Shown piece after piece: positions 36,282 through 47,895 of a stretch of 64,000 bases of DNA (positions are counted from its first letter, which is position 1; each line of letters begins with the position of its first letter). The stretch covers positions 6,740,864 through 6,804,863 of the forward strand of contig CM121342.1 of assembly GCA_051530055.1 (NCBI GenBank), read 5' to 3'. The position numbers were made by a program, and so were the translations under genes. The notes below the pieces were generated by a model. It worked only from the letters and a program-made list of their open reading frames with translations, searched no databases and was not told the DNA's origin. Source of the stretch: Neoechinorhynchus agilis (Eukaryota > Animalia > Acanthocephala).

Positions 36282-37930
36282 TTTCTCGCCCTCGGAGATT
36301 TCGGAACTCATCATACGGCAGTATTGGCTTTCTCCTTATTCTTGAACTCCGCCGGAGTAATCGTTCTTCATTTAATTCGTGTTCCGACTTATTTTCGCTT
36401 CTGTTTGCTTGGTCATTTGCCGTTCTAAAACTTTCTTCGCTCATGCTTCCTTCAACTTCGCTCGGTTCCCAGATCGATCCTCGTTTTGTTTCTTGCTGTG
36501 TGGTGTCTTCTACAACTTGTTGATCCCGCCCCACACTTCGTTCTTCATTATCCTGGAGTTTGTTATTTTGATCTTCACCATCCTTCAAATCTGCAGCTTC
36601 GTCTTCATTTCCTTCCGGATCTTCTTGTTTTCCTATTGCTCTTTTTCTTATGTGGTCGGCATGGATTCTCTTCTCACCCATATTTGTCTGCACCAGATAA
36701 GATAGTGACCCATTCTGCTTCCTTATAACTCTTCCTTTTTTACCGTGTCCCTGGCCCGTACCTTATCATCCATATTTTACTCTGTTAGTTTCGCACAATT
36801 CTTATCATGGAACTGCTATTGGAACGCTTGCTTTCTGCTGGATGTCTTGGTAGCACACGGTTTTATATTATCCCACAGGGACTTCATTCGTCTCTCGAAC
36901 ATCATCTCCGCTGGACATTTCTGCGTTATCGTATTTGGCGTTTTCCTGTACGACATCAGGAAGTTTTGAAGGCTGAGGTGTTCTGGTTTCGCCCTTCTTT
37001 TCTGGGTGGCCACAAACCTATCAACTAGGCCATTCGTCCTCGAATGGCATATCGAACTCTTACAATGTGTGATTCCATTTTCGTCACAAAATGTTTCGAA
37101 TTCATTTGATATGAATTGCGGCCCGTTATCGGATACGATTCGCTCCGGAATTCCGAATCTTGCGAATGCTTCTCGTTTGACCGTACGAGAAAATACAATC
37201 CATTCATCGGGCCTGCGAAATCTAGATGAATTCTTCTCCATGGTCCCGTGGGGATATCCCATGGGAACAATGGTTGTTCGAGAGATTGGATTTACTTATC
37301 CATCCTCGGTCACCAACAGTAATATCTGGCCAGGGCCATCATTCCTTTTTCTCCTGGATGTCCTTCATGTAGCTTTTGAAGACGGAATCACCATCCGATC
37401 CAGCCATAGTAGCACGTCGTTCTCCGTTGATAGCTCGTCCTTACGTTTTTTAAAATCGATATCTTCAGTTCTAGCTTTTCCAGGCCATCCCGATATCAGA
37501 TAACGCTTAATTCGAGCTAGTTGGGTATCTTTGATTCGCTTCTTAGATTTGACAGTGATAAATTGCAAGTTCCAAATCATGACTGCTTGGCATTCGAGAT
37601 AGGACTTCGGCATAACAGTTATTGACACCGGCTATGTGTTTGACTTCATAATCATATTCCGGTAGTTGAATCGCCCATCTTATTAGCCGAGAGTTCGCCA
37701 CCTTTCCTAAATTTCGCCAAAAATGTTTTCCAGAGGCTTGTGGTCCGTATATAATTGAAATTTTCGTCCAAACACAAAATCGTGGAATCGTTTCACACCA
37801 TATAACAGTGCCAGAGCTTCTTTTTCAATTTGCGAGAAATTCTTTTCCGCAGCCTTCAATAATTGGGACGCAAAAAATACTGGTTGATGATGGTTCGCAG
37901 CTTTTCGAGTGTCAAGTTCTTGTGCTAAAA
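36282..37930 (-). mobile_element. Gypsy (Mag/K02A2.6-like) RNase H-integrase remnant
   Basis: PVFFASQLL..AEKNFSQIEKEALA, YTDHKPL, GPWRRIHLDFAGP, FGIPERIVSDNGPQF and TNGLVDRFV, with frameshifts. Confidence 0.92.
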
Positions 37931-37934
37931 TGCC

Positions 37935-39180
37935 GAAATCTCCGCTCTCTTCCTACCCGGAAAAGAAAGAGTTCTTTGTTGCAAATGTGCACAATTGACT
38001 CTTACATCGCTGAAAAAAGGAAGCGATGAAGATAAAAATCAGAAACTTCCATTACAATCTCCTCGTGTCCAAAGCGTACCTAATCTCTCGGATAGTCCAG
38101 CGAATACTTCAGATATTTGTTGCCGACGATGTGGAAGAGGGAGAAGTTCTGAATGGTATTCCAGTTATCAACTTATTCTGTGTAAAGGATGTGCCCCGCA
38201 ATCAACAACTCGGCTTACAGGAATCTTGAGTAACTCTCAAGCGAGTAACGTTAATCCGAACGGAAATACATCTCAGCTACAAACAGAATCTTTCTGCGCA
38301 GTTTCCAATATCGATATGGGTGTAAAAGCGAACAAACGGTCCACTGCATCGAACAAAAAACATTCTACAATTTTCAAATGTTGCAACAAATGCGGTTCAA
38401 ACGATAGTTCAATTTGGTATTCATCGAAAGGATCTTTCATATGTCAGGAATGTACTTCTTCAAACGTGCAAGCCAGTAAGATTCAAGATCGAAATAATCA
38501 AGAAGATGAACTGGAATGTAAAGAAGCAGTAAAATTGTCACATTACCTTTCCTTAAACAGTCAAACCAATCAGAACCCAGAATTAGAAGGCAAGACTGGA
38601 GATACTGGCGATATTCGATGTTGCATTAAATGTGGAATGAGTGAAATTTCTAAATTGTACGATTATTGTGGACTCTGTCTTTGTGAGAAATGCATAAAAA
38701 CCAGTATTCCAAAAGACCAAACGAATATTGCCATCGAGCAACGTCAAAAACAGAATGAAGATAATTTCAACGAAGCGTTCAGCAAAAGAACCGTTGAACC
38801 TACAAAACGCAAGCACCCAGAAACAAGTTCTTCGCTTGCGAAACGAGCAAAAGTTCAACGTCAATGCAATCGATGCAAAGTCGTTGTAAGTCGAATCAGA
38901 TACCGTCGAAATGATCTTTACTATTGTAATTCCTGTGCGATTATCGAAGGCTTCTTGGATTCAAAAACAAATTCAGCCGTTGAAACTAAAAAAGCGGCGA
39001 TGCGAACAGGAGATCTCAAATGTTCTTCAATTAAGCAAGGGCAAAAATCTTTAAAGCGCGGAGTGCCGTTAGACCAAATTGAGCAATAACCACGAACAAA
39101 ATCACGGAGAACCAGAATGCAAGAATCGAGCACTTTAAACCGAAGTGCAACTGAACCTTTGAAACCCTCGCCCTTCTTGC
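37935..39180 (+). pseudogene. Five-finger zinc protein gene, 5'-truncated copy with a premature stop at 39087-39089
   Basis: ORF 37995..39089 matches fingers 2-5 of 49610..51829; CAA->TAA at ...IEQ*. Confidence 0.85.
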
Positions 39181-39770
39181 CGTTTTTCTCATCAAAAATT
39201 GCCTCTACATACCGAAACTTCTCGACAAGCTTAGAACTACTCCAACCATTAACTATCAGAACGATTTGGCTAAGCTCTACAAACTTGAGAGCATCTTAAA
39301 TGTGAGCTTCAGCGAATTATCATGGAGGCAGACAACCTTGCCCACGTCCTCCTTCCTTGCGCCAATATGCGCGAGTCGTGAACACTCGAAAAAAAGTTTT
39401 CGATGAGGTTAGTGAAGAGAATTTCACAGAGGAACTATCGAAATGGTCATCACTAACCGAATTGGTTTAACCTCCAGGAAACTGCGCCAAATCGCAAGAC
39501 TCACCGCTCGTTCATCAGGTTTACAACTCTTTAATGGACCAGATGGATGAAAAGTAACGAATTCGACTGATGGTTTATTCGACCAAAGAATCTGGACCAT
39601 GGCTCGAACGAAGCTTTGCCCAATGAACCCTTGGGAGCATTACTAGACGACGAGACAATTCGCATCTCATTTTGCCTCCGATTGCGCTTGAATATCTGCA
39701 TCATCCCGCACCAATGTCGTTGCGGCTCACATGTAGAAGAAACCAGCATAGATTGACTCTGCAGGGGCAT
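39180..39770 (+). mobile_element. Old CRE fragment
   Basis: Plus translation FLIKNCLYIPKLL, SWRQTTLP, YSTKESGPWLE and LLDDETIRISFCLRL..PHQCRCG. Confidence 0.8.
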
Positions 39771-40114
39771 TTTCGAGACATTTCTATTCTATAAAAATTG
39801 GATCTTTAACGGTGTAAATTCTTGAGATAGAAGGTTTTATTGCATTCTTAGAGGGTAACGAAATTACTGAATTTTTAATCCGAATTTTTGCACGATTTTT
39901 GTTCATAAGAAATTCACGGATTTTATACTGCGGACATTTTACCTAATAACTCTGCTGAAAATTATTATTTGTGTGGGTTTTAGATTGACAGTCAAAAAAC
40001 CGTACGGAACCGTACTTTACCAAGACCGCACAAAAAAATATCTTTTTTATTGACCAAAGCCCTAATTTTTAGATTGCTAAAAGTCACTCAATTTGTGAAA
40101 GGTGGAAGTTAAAT

Positions 40115-42184
40115 TTGGATTTTTCTCCGCGCATCGGTGAAAAAAGTGATGTATTACTCAAACATTCATCCTTTCAGTATCTCACGCCTATTTTACTCGT
40201 GCAAATGTATAAATGTACACGAGTTATCTCGATTTTTCGTCGTCATTCAACCGCAATGCTCCTTGTGCTTCCCTTAAATATTCTATTATTAGTAATTCCA
40301 CTAAGTCTTGTTTCAATGGAACAAAATGGAAGAGAACCGAAATGCGCGATAACGCACTCCGATCCGATTTCAGCCTTTGGAATACGATGCTACGAAGATG
40401 ATTCTGTTGGGAGAATGGAATCGATTATTAATTTATTACGATCTGCTCAACGAAATCAAGAAAACTTTGAATTTAATAATGTCGATATTAAAGATATTCC
40501 GCAATATTTTGTTTTGTTATTTCCCCAAGTCGTAAAGGTAACTATCCTTCATGAATCGGAACAATCATACAGATCGTCAGTTCTGAGCAATTCTTTACTT
40601 TATAAACTCAAGCGTGTAAAAGAGTTGGATATTGAACGAGCTGGAATTGCTAAGATTCAAGAGGACGCTTTTAAAGAATTTAAGAGACTTGTTCGACTAA
40701 GTTTGAGTTTCAACAGCATATCAGTAATTCCGGCAAAATTCCCACGGCAATTACCGTTATTGAAGATACTCCGTTTATCAAACAATATGCTAACAAGTGA
40801 AAGTATAAATGTTATTTGCAGACTACGATACCTGAAACTATTGGATTTAAGTTATAATTTGATAGATCATTTAGGTTCGTCGCGCTCCGGCTATTTTTAC
40901 TATCTTAAGGAATTGTACATAGTTGGTAATCCAATTAAATCCGTAGACAAAATGGAATCGTTTAAAAATCTTCGTTATCTCCATATTACGTATCTTGCAA
41001 ATGTCAACGATTTATTGGGTGGTAAAGACCAATATTCCAGATTATATGAATTTATGGTCACAAATGGATCGGCTAAAGCGTTTGACACTAATTTGTTAGC
41101 TGCAGCACCTCGACTTGAAAATCTTGAGATTACGAGAAATCAATTAGAATCGATTCCTGCTGGAAACCAACAAACGAAGGAAAATATAAAGAAATTTTCG
41201 TTAGCGTATAATCAAGTAACATTCATCCACGAAAATGATTTCGACGACTGGACAAGTCTTATAGAACTCCATCTTCCGCACAATGGGATTAATGGCTTCC
41301 ATAGAAACGCATTTTCAAAGTTAAGGAGATTAAGAGAGATATTTCTTGATTATAATCAAGTAAAGACGATCAGCTCGGGCAGTTTAAGGAATAATCGTCT
41401 ACTGAAAATCTTCTCGATTAGTTACAACCAATTATATCATATTCATCACAATCTTTTTCGGAATACAGGGAACCTCCAATACGTCGATTTGTCTGGAAAT
41501 CGAATTCGAGATTTGATTGCAAGAAATTCTCCAACACATTTGATTGCATACGTCGCTTTATGGTTAAATAAAATATCCGCAGTAACCTTCAGCAGAACAA
41601 AAAGTTACAAGGCTCTCGCAAACTTCGGCCTTTATTCGGAATACGTCCCTCAGTCAATTTTGACCGCGTTGAAGATCTATGGTCAAAACGCTACGAGGGT
41701 TATATCGCTAACAAACAAAAATCTGACAACCTTCAGAGAAATAGACATATGGCTAACGATCAATATTTTAATTTCACTCGACTTGACTGATAACCAAATA
41801 ACTATGCTCGAACCAACCGATTTTTCGGGTCTAGTCAATCTTAAATATTTAAGTCTTCAATCAAATATCATCACCAAAATAAAATCAAAATCTTTTGAAG
41901 CGGCTAGCCATTTGGAAGCTATCGATCTCAGTCAAAACAACCTCAGTACAATTCCAGTTGATGCGTTCGATGGATTGGAAAATCTTATATTTTTTAATCT
42001 GGCTGATAACAAACTTAGAAGCATACCAGGAAGTCTTTATGATCTGAAAATGCCAAATCTCGTTTTCTTGAATGTTTCAAACAATCAAGTCCAATCCTTT
42101 AATATTGATCACTTCGCAATGATGAGATCACTGGGGCAGATAGTCGTCCAAGGAATGAAAATTGAAGCAATCTTTTATTACTGA
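40115..42184 (+). CDS. Intronless secreted-type leucine-rich repeat protein, paralog 1 (likely ATG 40256, ~640 aa)
   Basis: Many LxxLxLxxNxI/L repeats and a hydrophobic leader MLLVLPLNILLLVIPLSLVS. No TM or TIR domain seen. Confidence 0.9.
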   Translation: MDFSPRIGEKSDVLLKHSSFQYLTPILLVQMYKCTRVISIFRRHSTAMLLVLPLNILLLVIPLSLVSMEQNGREPKCAITHSDPISAFGIRCYEDDSVGRMESIINLLRSAQRNQENFEFNNVDIKDIPQYFVLLFPQVVKVTILHESEQSYRSSVLSNSLLYKLKRVKELDIERAGIAKIQEDAFKEFKRLVRLSLSFNSISVIPAKFPRQLPLLKILRLSNNMLTSESINVICRLRYLKLLDLSYNLIDHLGSSRSGYFYYLKELYIVGNPIKSVDKMESFKNLRYLHITYLANVNDLLGGKDQYSRLYEFMVTNGSAKAFDTNLLAAAPRLENLEITRNQLESIPAGNQQTKENIKKFSLAYNQVTFIHENDFDDWTSLIELHLPHNGINGFHRNAFSKLRRLREIFLDYNQVKTISSGSLRNNRLLKIFSISYNQLYHIHHNLFRNTGNLQYVDLSGNRIRDLIARNSPTHLIAYVALWLNKISAVTFSRTKSYKALANFGLYSEYVPQSILTALKIYGQNATRVISLTNKNLTTFREIDIWLTINILISLDLTDNQITMLEPTDFSGLVNLKYLSLQSNIITKIKSKSFEAASHLEAIDLSQNNLSTIPVDAFDGLENLIFFNLADNKLRSIPGSLYDLKMPNLVFLNVSNNQVQSFNIDHFAMMRSLGQIVVQGMKIEAIFYY

Positions 42185-42566
42185 ATTGTAAGATTTAATT
42201 ATTTAAACGTTTCAATGACATAAAAGAATTTCTTTAGATTGTAACTCTTGGTGTTTTATCATAAACTGGCTTCTCTCCCTCGAGCACAACACCTTTAAAA
42301 TTTATCATCTCAAAAGCCTCCGACATTTAGGAATCCCTTCACCCGATCTCTACAAATTTTACTTCTGCTTTATTTTACCTTCCCTCACCTGCGGTTATCC
42401 CATATTTTGCAACGTTTCCAAATCTCAAATCTGTCATCTTAAAATGTTTCACCAAAGAGCCTCTAAAATTTGCGCATCTGACTTTCCCCTCTCTCACCCA
42501 ATGCCTTGATGCTATTTTCATAAAACAATCAAAATACCTTTTTTTTAAGTTTTACTGGCAAGCCGG

Positions 42567-42799
42567 TGACTAAAATTTAATGATGATTTAGGGGTCAAGT
42601 GGTTCGAATCCGTTACCACCAATGACGCACAGCCAAAGGGGACGAAATACCGCTGAAGGGAGGAAACTCACTGATGAGTCCCGCCTCCTGGAGGTATCTG
42701 AGGATCCGGAGGAATTTACAAACTCTTAACCGACATTATAGACTATGTGGTTATATCACTTCTCTGATGTAATTGGTTTGGCTTTATGCCTAAATAAAT
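42567..42799 (+). mobile_element. SINE-like retroposed insert with B-box, hammerhead core and (TAAA)n tail
   Basis: Flanked by AAGCCGG direct repeats (42560-66, 42800-06). B-box GGTTCGAATCC at 42601-42611 sits in a T-arm-like stem. The 3' end is CCTAAATAAAT. Confidence 0.7.
42639..42707 (+). ncRNA. Hammerhead ribozyme core with non-canonical strand order; predicted cleavage after C42698 (AUC triplet)
   Basis: CTGATGA 42671-77 and GAAA 42644-47. Stem II is GGGAC/GTCCC, stem III is ATACC/GGTAT, and stem I is CTCA/TGAG, extendable to GGAAACTCA/TGAGGATCC. Confidence 0.75.
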
Positions 42800-43089
42800 A
42801 AGCCGGACAAGAGCTTCCCCTCTCGCACCGAATGCCTTGATGCTATTTCCATAAAAGAATCAAAATACCTATCAACGAGACCATCACAATTTCTACCTCA
42901 TTTTATTCCCGTTTTCACACGAGCACAATACTTGTAATCCTAATCCGTTTCATCCTCTCTTGACCTCGCACCTCCCTATATCTACGCTCCTTTTTCCATG
43001 CTGCCCAATCTTCTCGGATATCAGAACTTGAAATGAACCAGAGGAACGACCAACCTTGAAAGCGCTCCTGCAAGCAATAAATACGAATT

Positions 43090-43250
43090 CCCACCAGAAC
43101 GGACCTCCCAACCCGATATTCTCAAACGAACGGACACATTCTCACCCGAACGAACCTCCCCCGACTGGATGGTCCCAACCGAATAGACATCCCTCCGACC
43201 AGATATTACCGCCAGAACGGACATCCCTCGACTGGATATTTCCATCCTAC
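43090..43250 (+). repeat. Degenerate ~25-35 bp tandem repeat with GAACGGAC core
   Basis: About five units, e.g. CCAGAACGGACCTCCC and CCAGAACGGACATCCC. Confidence 0.55.
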
Positions 43251-43608
43251 GGAAACGCTTTTTTGAACAATCGTGAACTTGATTGCTTGTGAGGACCCAA
43301 AAGTGCATGGTCCTCCTCTTCCTTCTTTGTATTTTTCAACAAAAAACGTGTTATTATACTCGGCTTCGTCCGGGATACATTTAGAGTCCCGTGCTTCACA
43401 TAGTGAATTGATGAACTGCGTTAATAGCATTGTATTACAATGAGAAACGTTTTATAGCACATATTTATGTATTTTTGATATGTCCAAATCAAGGGAACGT
43501 GAATACATTATTTTATAATTTAGATAAACGCTGTTTCCGTAAGCACATCAACCACTACTATTAGACACTTTCAGTGTATCGAGAAGATGCATAAAGTGAC
43601 AGTAAATT

Positions 43609-44259
43609 GATGATTTAAAGGTATCGACATTTACAAATTTACAGTCTACTTACTTGATATATTTATGGTTCATACAGTTTTTTACTTCAAGAAAATGTTA
43701 ACCAAACAATTATATAGAACACATAAACATGTTCGGATGAAACATAATTGAATGTACAAAGTTCTGAAAGTGGCGCAGGGACACCGTATAGCACATTTGA
43801 AATTTAATGGAAAAAATACAATATTTTCTGAAGAACAGTTGAAGAGAACATAATCAATTTGTGTACGAACACCAGCATAAGTGGTCATTACAGAGCTCTT
43901 AGGTAGCCGAATAGTTTTTGTATTTGGTGAAAAAATGAACAAATTGTTCGGAAAAGTTGTCCATTTGAAAAGCATGGGAATGTCGACATGTGAGGTACAG
44001 GGGAATGTGATTGGAAATAGAAACTGATGATGAACCCGACGTGATTTGAAACGTCTTTAATAAATAATCATTTACTGGGTGAAGACCTAAACAATAATTC
44101 CGAAAAGCATAAGGTTTCTAAATGGATGCCTGCAACCATATTAATGGACATAGCGAATGCCAAACTAATCGGAAATTGCAGCCGTTTGATCTCACTCGAT
44201 GATTTATAGGTATCGACATTTACAAATTTACAGTCTACTTACTTGATATATTTTTGGTT
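43609..44259. repeat. ~60-bp direct repeats (43609-43670, 44198-44259) bracketing an EEP-endonuclease-like remnant on the minus strand
   Basis: GATGATTTA(A/T)AGGTATCGACATTTACAAATTTACAGTCTACTTACTTGATATATTT occurs twice. The internal TTYAGVRTQIDYVLFN resembles the EEP C-terminal motif. Confidence 0.6.
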
Positions 44260-44280
44260 ATCCCAAGATTCGGCAACAAG

Positions 44281-45016
44281 CTACTGCAGTTGAATTTGGG
44301 CCGCGGTTAAACACCCAATCCTAGGCGCTGATTTCCTTCGACACTTAGGTTTGCTGGTCGACGTAAGGAATAAGCAGTTGGTTAGTGCAGAAACTTTCGC
44401 AACGATACCATTAGCCTCCATTCGTGTATCGATCGAAGTCCTCGGCGTCGATTTCCTCGGATCGAAGAACGACGAATTTAGTAAAATTCCAGCAGATTTC
44501 CTCGATATAACGAGACCTACCTTTTCGGACGTTTCGACCAAACATGCAGTGGAGCACATTATTGAGACACAAGGACAACCACTCCATGCTAGACCGCGAG
44601 GCCTCCCATTCGATAAATTCGCTATTACTAAATCCGAATTCAAAAATATGGAGGATCTTGGAATCATTAGACGCTCAAATAGCCAGTGGTCGTCTCCGTT
44701 GCATCTCGTACCCAAATCAGGCCGTGGATGGCGTCTTTGTGGCGATTACCGCAGGCTAAATGATATCACAACGTCCGACAGATATCCGATTCCTCGAATA
44801 CAAGATTTTTCAGCTAAACTCGCGGGAACAACAATTTTCTCGAAAATAGACCTCGTCCGAGGGAATCATCAAATTCGGGTGGCGGAACAAGACATAACGA
44901 AAACTGCGATTATTACACCTTTTAGCCTTTTTGAATTTGTTCGTATGCCTTTCGGGTTGATAAATGCTGCACAAACATTCCAGCGGTTAATGGATCCGGT
45001 TTTTTTCTTTGATTAA
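44281..45016 (+). mobile_element. Gypsy pol fragment (protease end plus RT N-half), truncated before YxDD
   Basis: WSSPLHLVPK, WRLCGDYRRLN, DRYPIPRI, FSKIDL and RMPFGLINAAQTFQR. Confidence 0.95.
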
Positions 45017-45493
45017 ATTCTCATGCAATGTTTAAGCCTTTGCAAGAAAAGTTTTTAGGTTTGAACATTTCCTAGCGGAAAAATTAGGATGATTTTATTT
45101 TAAAATCGGATATTTCGGCAAAATCTTGTGTATTTATCAGGGTCGTTTCGCAAGTTTGTTGTTTTGCTTGAGCATTTCCGAAACAATCTTGATGAAGGCA
45201 CAATATTGTGCCGAAATGTCGGATTTTAAAATAAAATCATTTTAATGTCGCCACGAGAAAAACACCAATTTGAGCAACTAAATCTTGAAACAGATTTGAT
45301 AATCTTCATTGTTTCAATGCATTAGACTCGGGCCAGAGAAATGATATAAGCAACGTAGTGATTATTTAATATTTTTAAAGAATGCAATTAAATCAGTGGA
45401 GTAAAATATTACATCTTTAATTTCTATGTGTTCCTTGCGCTCATCTTTAAACGAATCTTACAATGAAACGTTTTAATAATTGAATCTTAAAAT

Positions 45494-47524
45494 TCAGTAA
45501 AAAAAAGTTGCTTCAATTTTCATTCCTTCGACAACTATCTGTCCGAGTGATCTCATCATTGCGAAACGATCAATATTAAAGTAATGGACTTGATTGTTCG
45601 AAACATTCAAGAAGACGAGATTTGGCATTTTTAGATCATAAAGACTTCCTGGTATGCTTCTAAGTTTGTTATCAGCCAGATTCAAAAATATAAGATTTCC
45701 CAATCCATCGAACGCATCAACTGGAATTGTACTGAGTTTGTTTTGACTGAGATCGATAGCTTCCAAATGGCCAGCAGCTTCAAAAGCTTTTGATTTTATT
45801 TTGGTGATGATATTTGATTGAAGACTCAAATATTTAAGATTGACTAAACTTGAAAAATCGGTTGGTTCAAGCATCGTTATTTTGTTATTAGTCAAGTCGA
45901 GAGAAATTAAAATATTGATCGTCAGAAGCATTTTTATTTCTCTGAACGTTGTCAGATTTTTGTTTGTTAGCGATATAACCTTCGTAGCGTTTTGACCATA
46001 GATCTTCAGCGCGGTCAAAATTGATTGAGGGACGAATTCCGAATAAAGGCCGAAGTTCGCGAGAGTCTTGTAACTTTTTGTTCTGCAGAAGGTTACTGTG
46101 GATATTTTATTGCCCCATAAAGCGACGTATGCAATCGAATGTGTTGGAGAATTTCTTGCAATCAAATCTCGAATTCGATTTCCAGACAAATCGACGTATT
46201 CGAGGTTCCCCGTATTCCGAAAAAGATTGGGATGGATATGATTTAATTGGTTGTAACTAATCGAGAAGATTTCCAGTAGACGATTATTCCTTAAACTGCC
46301 CGAGCTGATCGTCTTTATTTGATTATAATCAAGAAATATCTCTCTCAATCTCGTTAACTTTGAAAATGCGTTTTTGTGGAAGCCCTTAATTCTATTGTGC
46401 GGAAGATGGAGTTTTGTAAGACTTGTCCAGTCGTCGAAATCATTTTCGTGGATGAATGTTACTTGATTATACGCTAACGAAAATTTCTTTATATTTTCCT
46501 TCGTTTGTTGGTTTCCAGCAGGAATCGATTCTAATCGATTTCTAGTAATCTCAAGATTTTCAAGTCGAGGTGCTGCAGCTAACAAATTAGTGTCAAACGC
46601 TTTAGCCGATCCATTTGTGAAGATAAATTCATATAGTTTGGAATATTGGTTTTTACGACTAAATAAATCGGTGGCATTTGCAAGATATGTAATATGGAGA
46701 TAACGAAGATTTTTAAACGATTCCTTTTTGTCTACGGATTTAATTGGATTACCAACTATGTGCAATTCCTTAAGATAGTAAAAATAGCCGGAGCGCGACG
46801 AACCTAAATGATCTATCAAATTATAACTTAAATCCAATAGTTTCAGGTATCGTAGCCTGCAAATAACATTTATACTTTCACTTGTTAGCATATTGTTTGA
46901 TAAACGGAGTATCTTCAATAACGGTAATTGCCGCGGGAATTTTGCCGGAATTAAGGATATGCTGTTGAAACTCAAACTTAGTCGAACAAGTCTCTTAAAT
47001 TCTTTAAAAGCGTCTTCATCAATCTTAACAATTCCAGCTCTCTTTATATTTAACTCTTTTACACGTTTGAGTTTATAAAGTAAAGAATTGCTCAGTACTG
47101 ACGATCTGTATGATTGTTCGGATTCATGAATGACAGTTACCTTTACGACTTGAGGAAATAACAAAACGAAATTTCTAGGAATATCTTTAAGATCGACATT
47201 ATTAAATTCGAAATTTTGTTGATTGCTTTGAGCAGATCGTAATAAATTAATAATCGATTCCATTCTCCCAACAGCATCATTTTCGTAGCATCGTATTCCA
47301 AAGACTAAAATCGGCTCGGATTGCGTTATCTCGCATTTCGGTTCTATTCCATGCTGTTCCAATGAAACAAGACTTAGTTGAATTATTAATAATAGCATAT
47401 TTAAGGGAAGCACGAGAACATTGCGGTTGAACGGCGACGAAAAATCGAGATAACTCGGGTACATTTTTACATTTGCATGAGTAACAGTTGGCTTGAAATA
47501 TTTCAAAACTGAGTGTACAAGCAA
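45494..47524 (-). CDS. Secreted-type LRR protein, paralog 2 (convergent with paralog 1)
   Basis: 676-aa ORF colinear with 40115..42184 and ending IEATFFY. Confidence 0.9.
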   Translation of the reverse strand: MLVHSVLKYFKPTVTHANVKMYPSYLDFSSPFNRNVLVLPLNMLLLIIQLSLVSLEQHGIEPKCEITQSEPILVFGIRCYENDAVGRMESIINLLRSAQSNQQNFEFNNVDLKDIPRNFVLLFPQVVKVTVIHESEQSYRSSVLSNSLLYKLKRVKELNIKRAGIVKIDEDAFKEFKRLVRLSLSFNSISLIPAKFPRQLPLLKILRLSNNMLTSESINVICRLRYLKLLDLSYNLIDHLGSSRSGYFYYLKELHIVGNPIKSVDKKESFKNLRYLHITYLANATDLFSRKNQYSKLYEFIFTNGSAKAFDTNLLAAAPRLENLEITRNRLESIPAGNQQTKENIKKFSLAYNQVTFIHENDFDDWTSLTKLHLPHNRIKGFHKNAFSKLTRLREIFLDYNQIKTISSGSLRNNRLLEIFSISYNQLNHIHPNLFRNTGNLEYVDLSGNRIRDLIARNSPTHSIAYVALWGNKISTVTFCRTKSYKTLANFGLYSEFVPQSILTALKIYGQNATKVISLTNKNLTTFREIKMLLTINILISLDLTNNKITMLEPTDFSSLVNLKYLSLQSNIITKIKSKAFEAAGHLEAIDLSQNKLSTIPVDAFDGLGNLIFLNLADNKLRSIPGSLYDLKMPNLVFLNVSNNQVHYFNIDRFAMMRSLGQIVVEGMKIEATFFY

Positions 47525-47709
47525 CGCAACGTTCTTTTGAGTGACATTTAGTAATCCATAATTGGAGGTTTTGGTCAGTAAAAAAAGATATTTTGAGGTG
47601 TGGTCTTAGTAAAGGACTTCTCCGTGTGGTCGTTTTGACTGTCAATCTCAGACCCTAATATATAATGATTTTCAATGATGATATCATTTAGTGTCGCCGC
47701 TAAATTAGT

Positions 47710-47895
47710 GACCCCGACGAGACGGGACTGGTCAGTGTCCTGGCCAGGCTACTCCTCAAATACCAGGCCATCATCAGCCCAGGGTTCAACTCGGCTGCTC
47801 GACATCAGGCCCAGCACCACATAGTGACACGCAGCCATCATTGCTCAACTCAACAAGGAGCAGCGCTCCTCATGGTCACCGATGCTTCGGAACTG
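47710..47895 (+). mobile_element. GC-rich Gypsy pol deletion remnant (pre-RT fused to the RNase H start)
   Basis: LLLKYQAIISPGF...QHHIVT followed by LLMVTDASE. Confidence 0.6.

Larger units (their letters stand above)
42250..43020 (+). mobile_element. LINE (CR1/L2-like) RT 3' remnant hosting the SINE-like insert; ~58 bp segment duplicated (42483-42540, 42815-42870)
   Basis: Degenerate IYHLKSLRHLGIPSPDLYKFYFCFILPSL resembles the LINE RT C-terminal region. The duplication is visible directly. Confidence 0.5.

Noticed and set aside
42556-42621. Intact tRNA gene (GGTTCGAATCC...ACCA)
   Set aside because: Only a T-arm-like hairpin is present; no D-arm, anticodon arm or 7-bp acceptor can be built. 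The apparent A-box overlaps the TSD. Treated as a SINE head.
42639-42682. Canonical type II hammerhead reading
   Set aside because: Between GAAA and CTGATGA there is no U-H site or stem III partner. The partner strands lie downstream of stem II.
22315-44030. Other CTGATGA hits (22315-21 minus, 44024-30 plus)
   Set aside because: No stem II or correctly placed GAAA.
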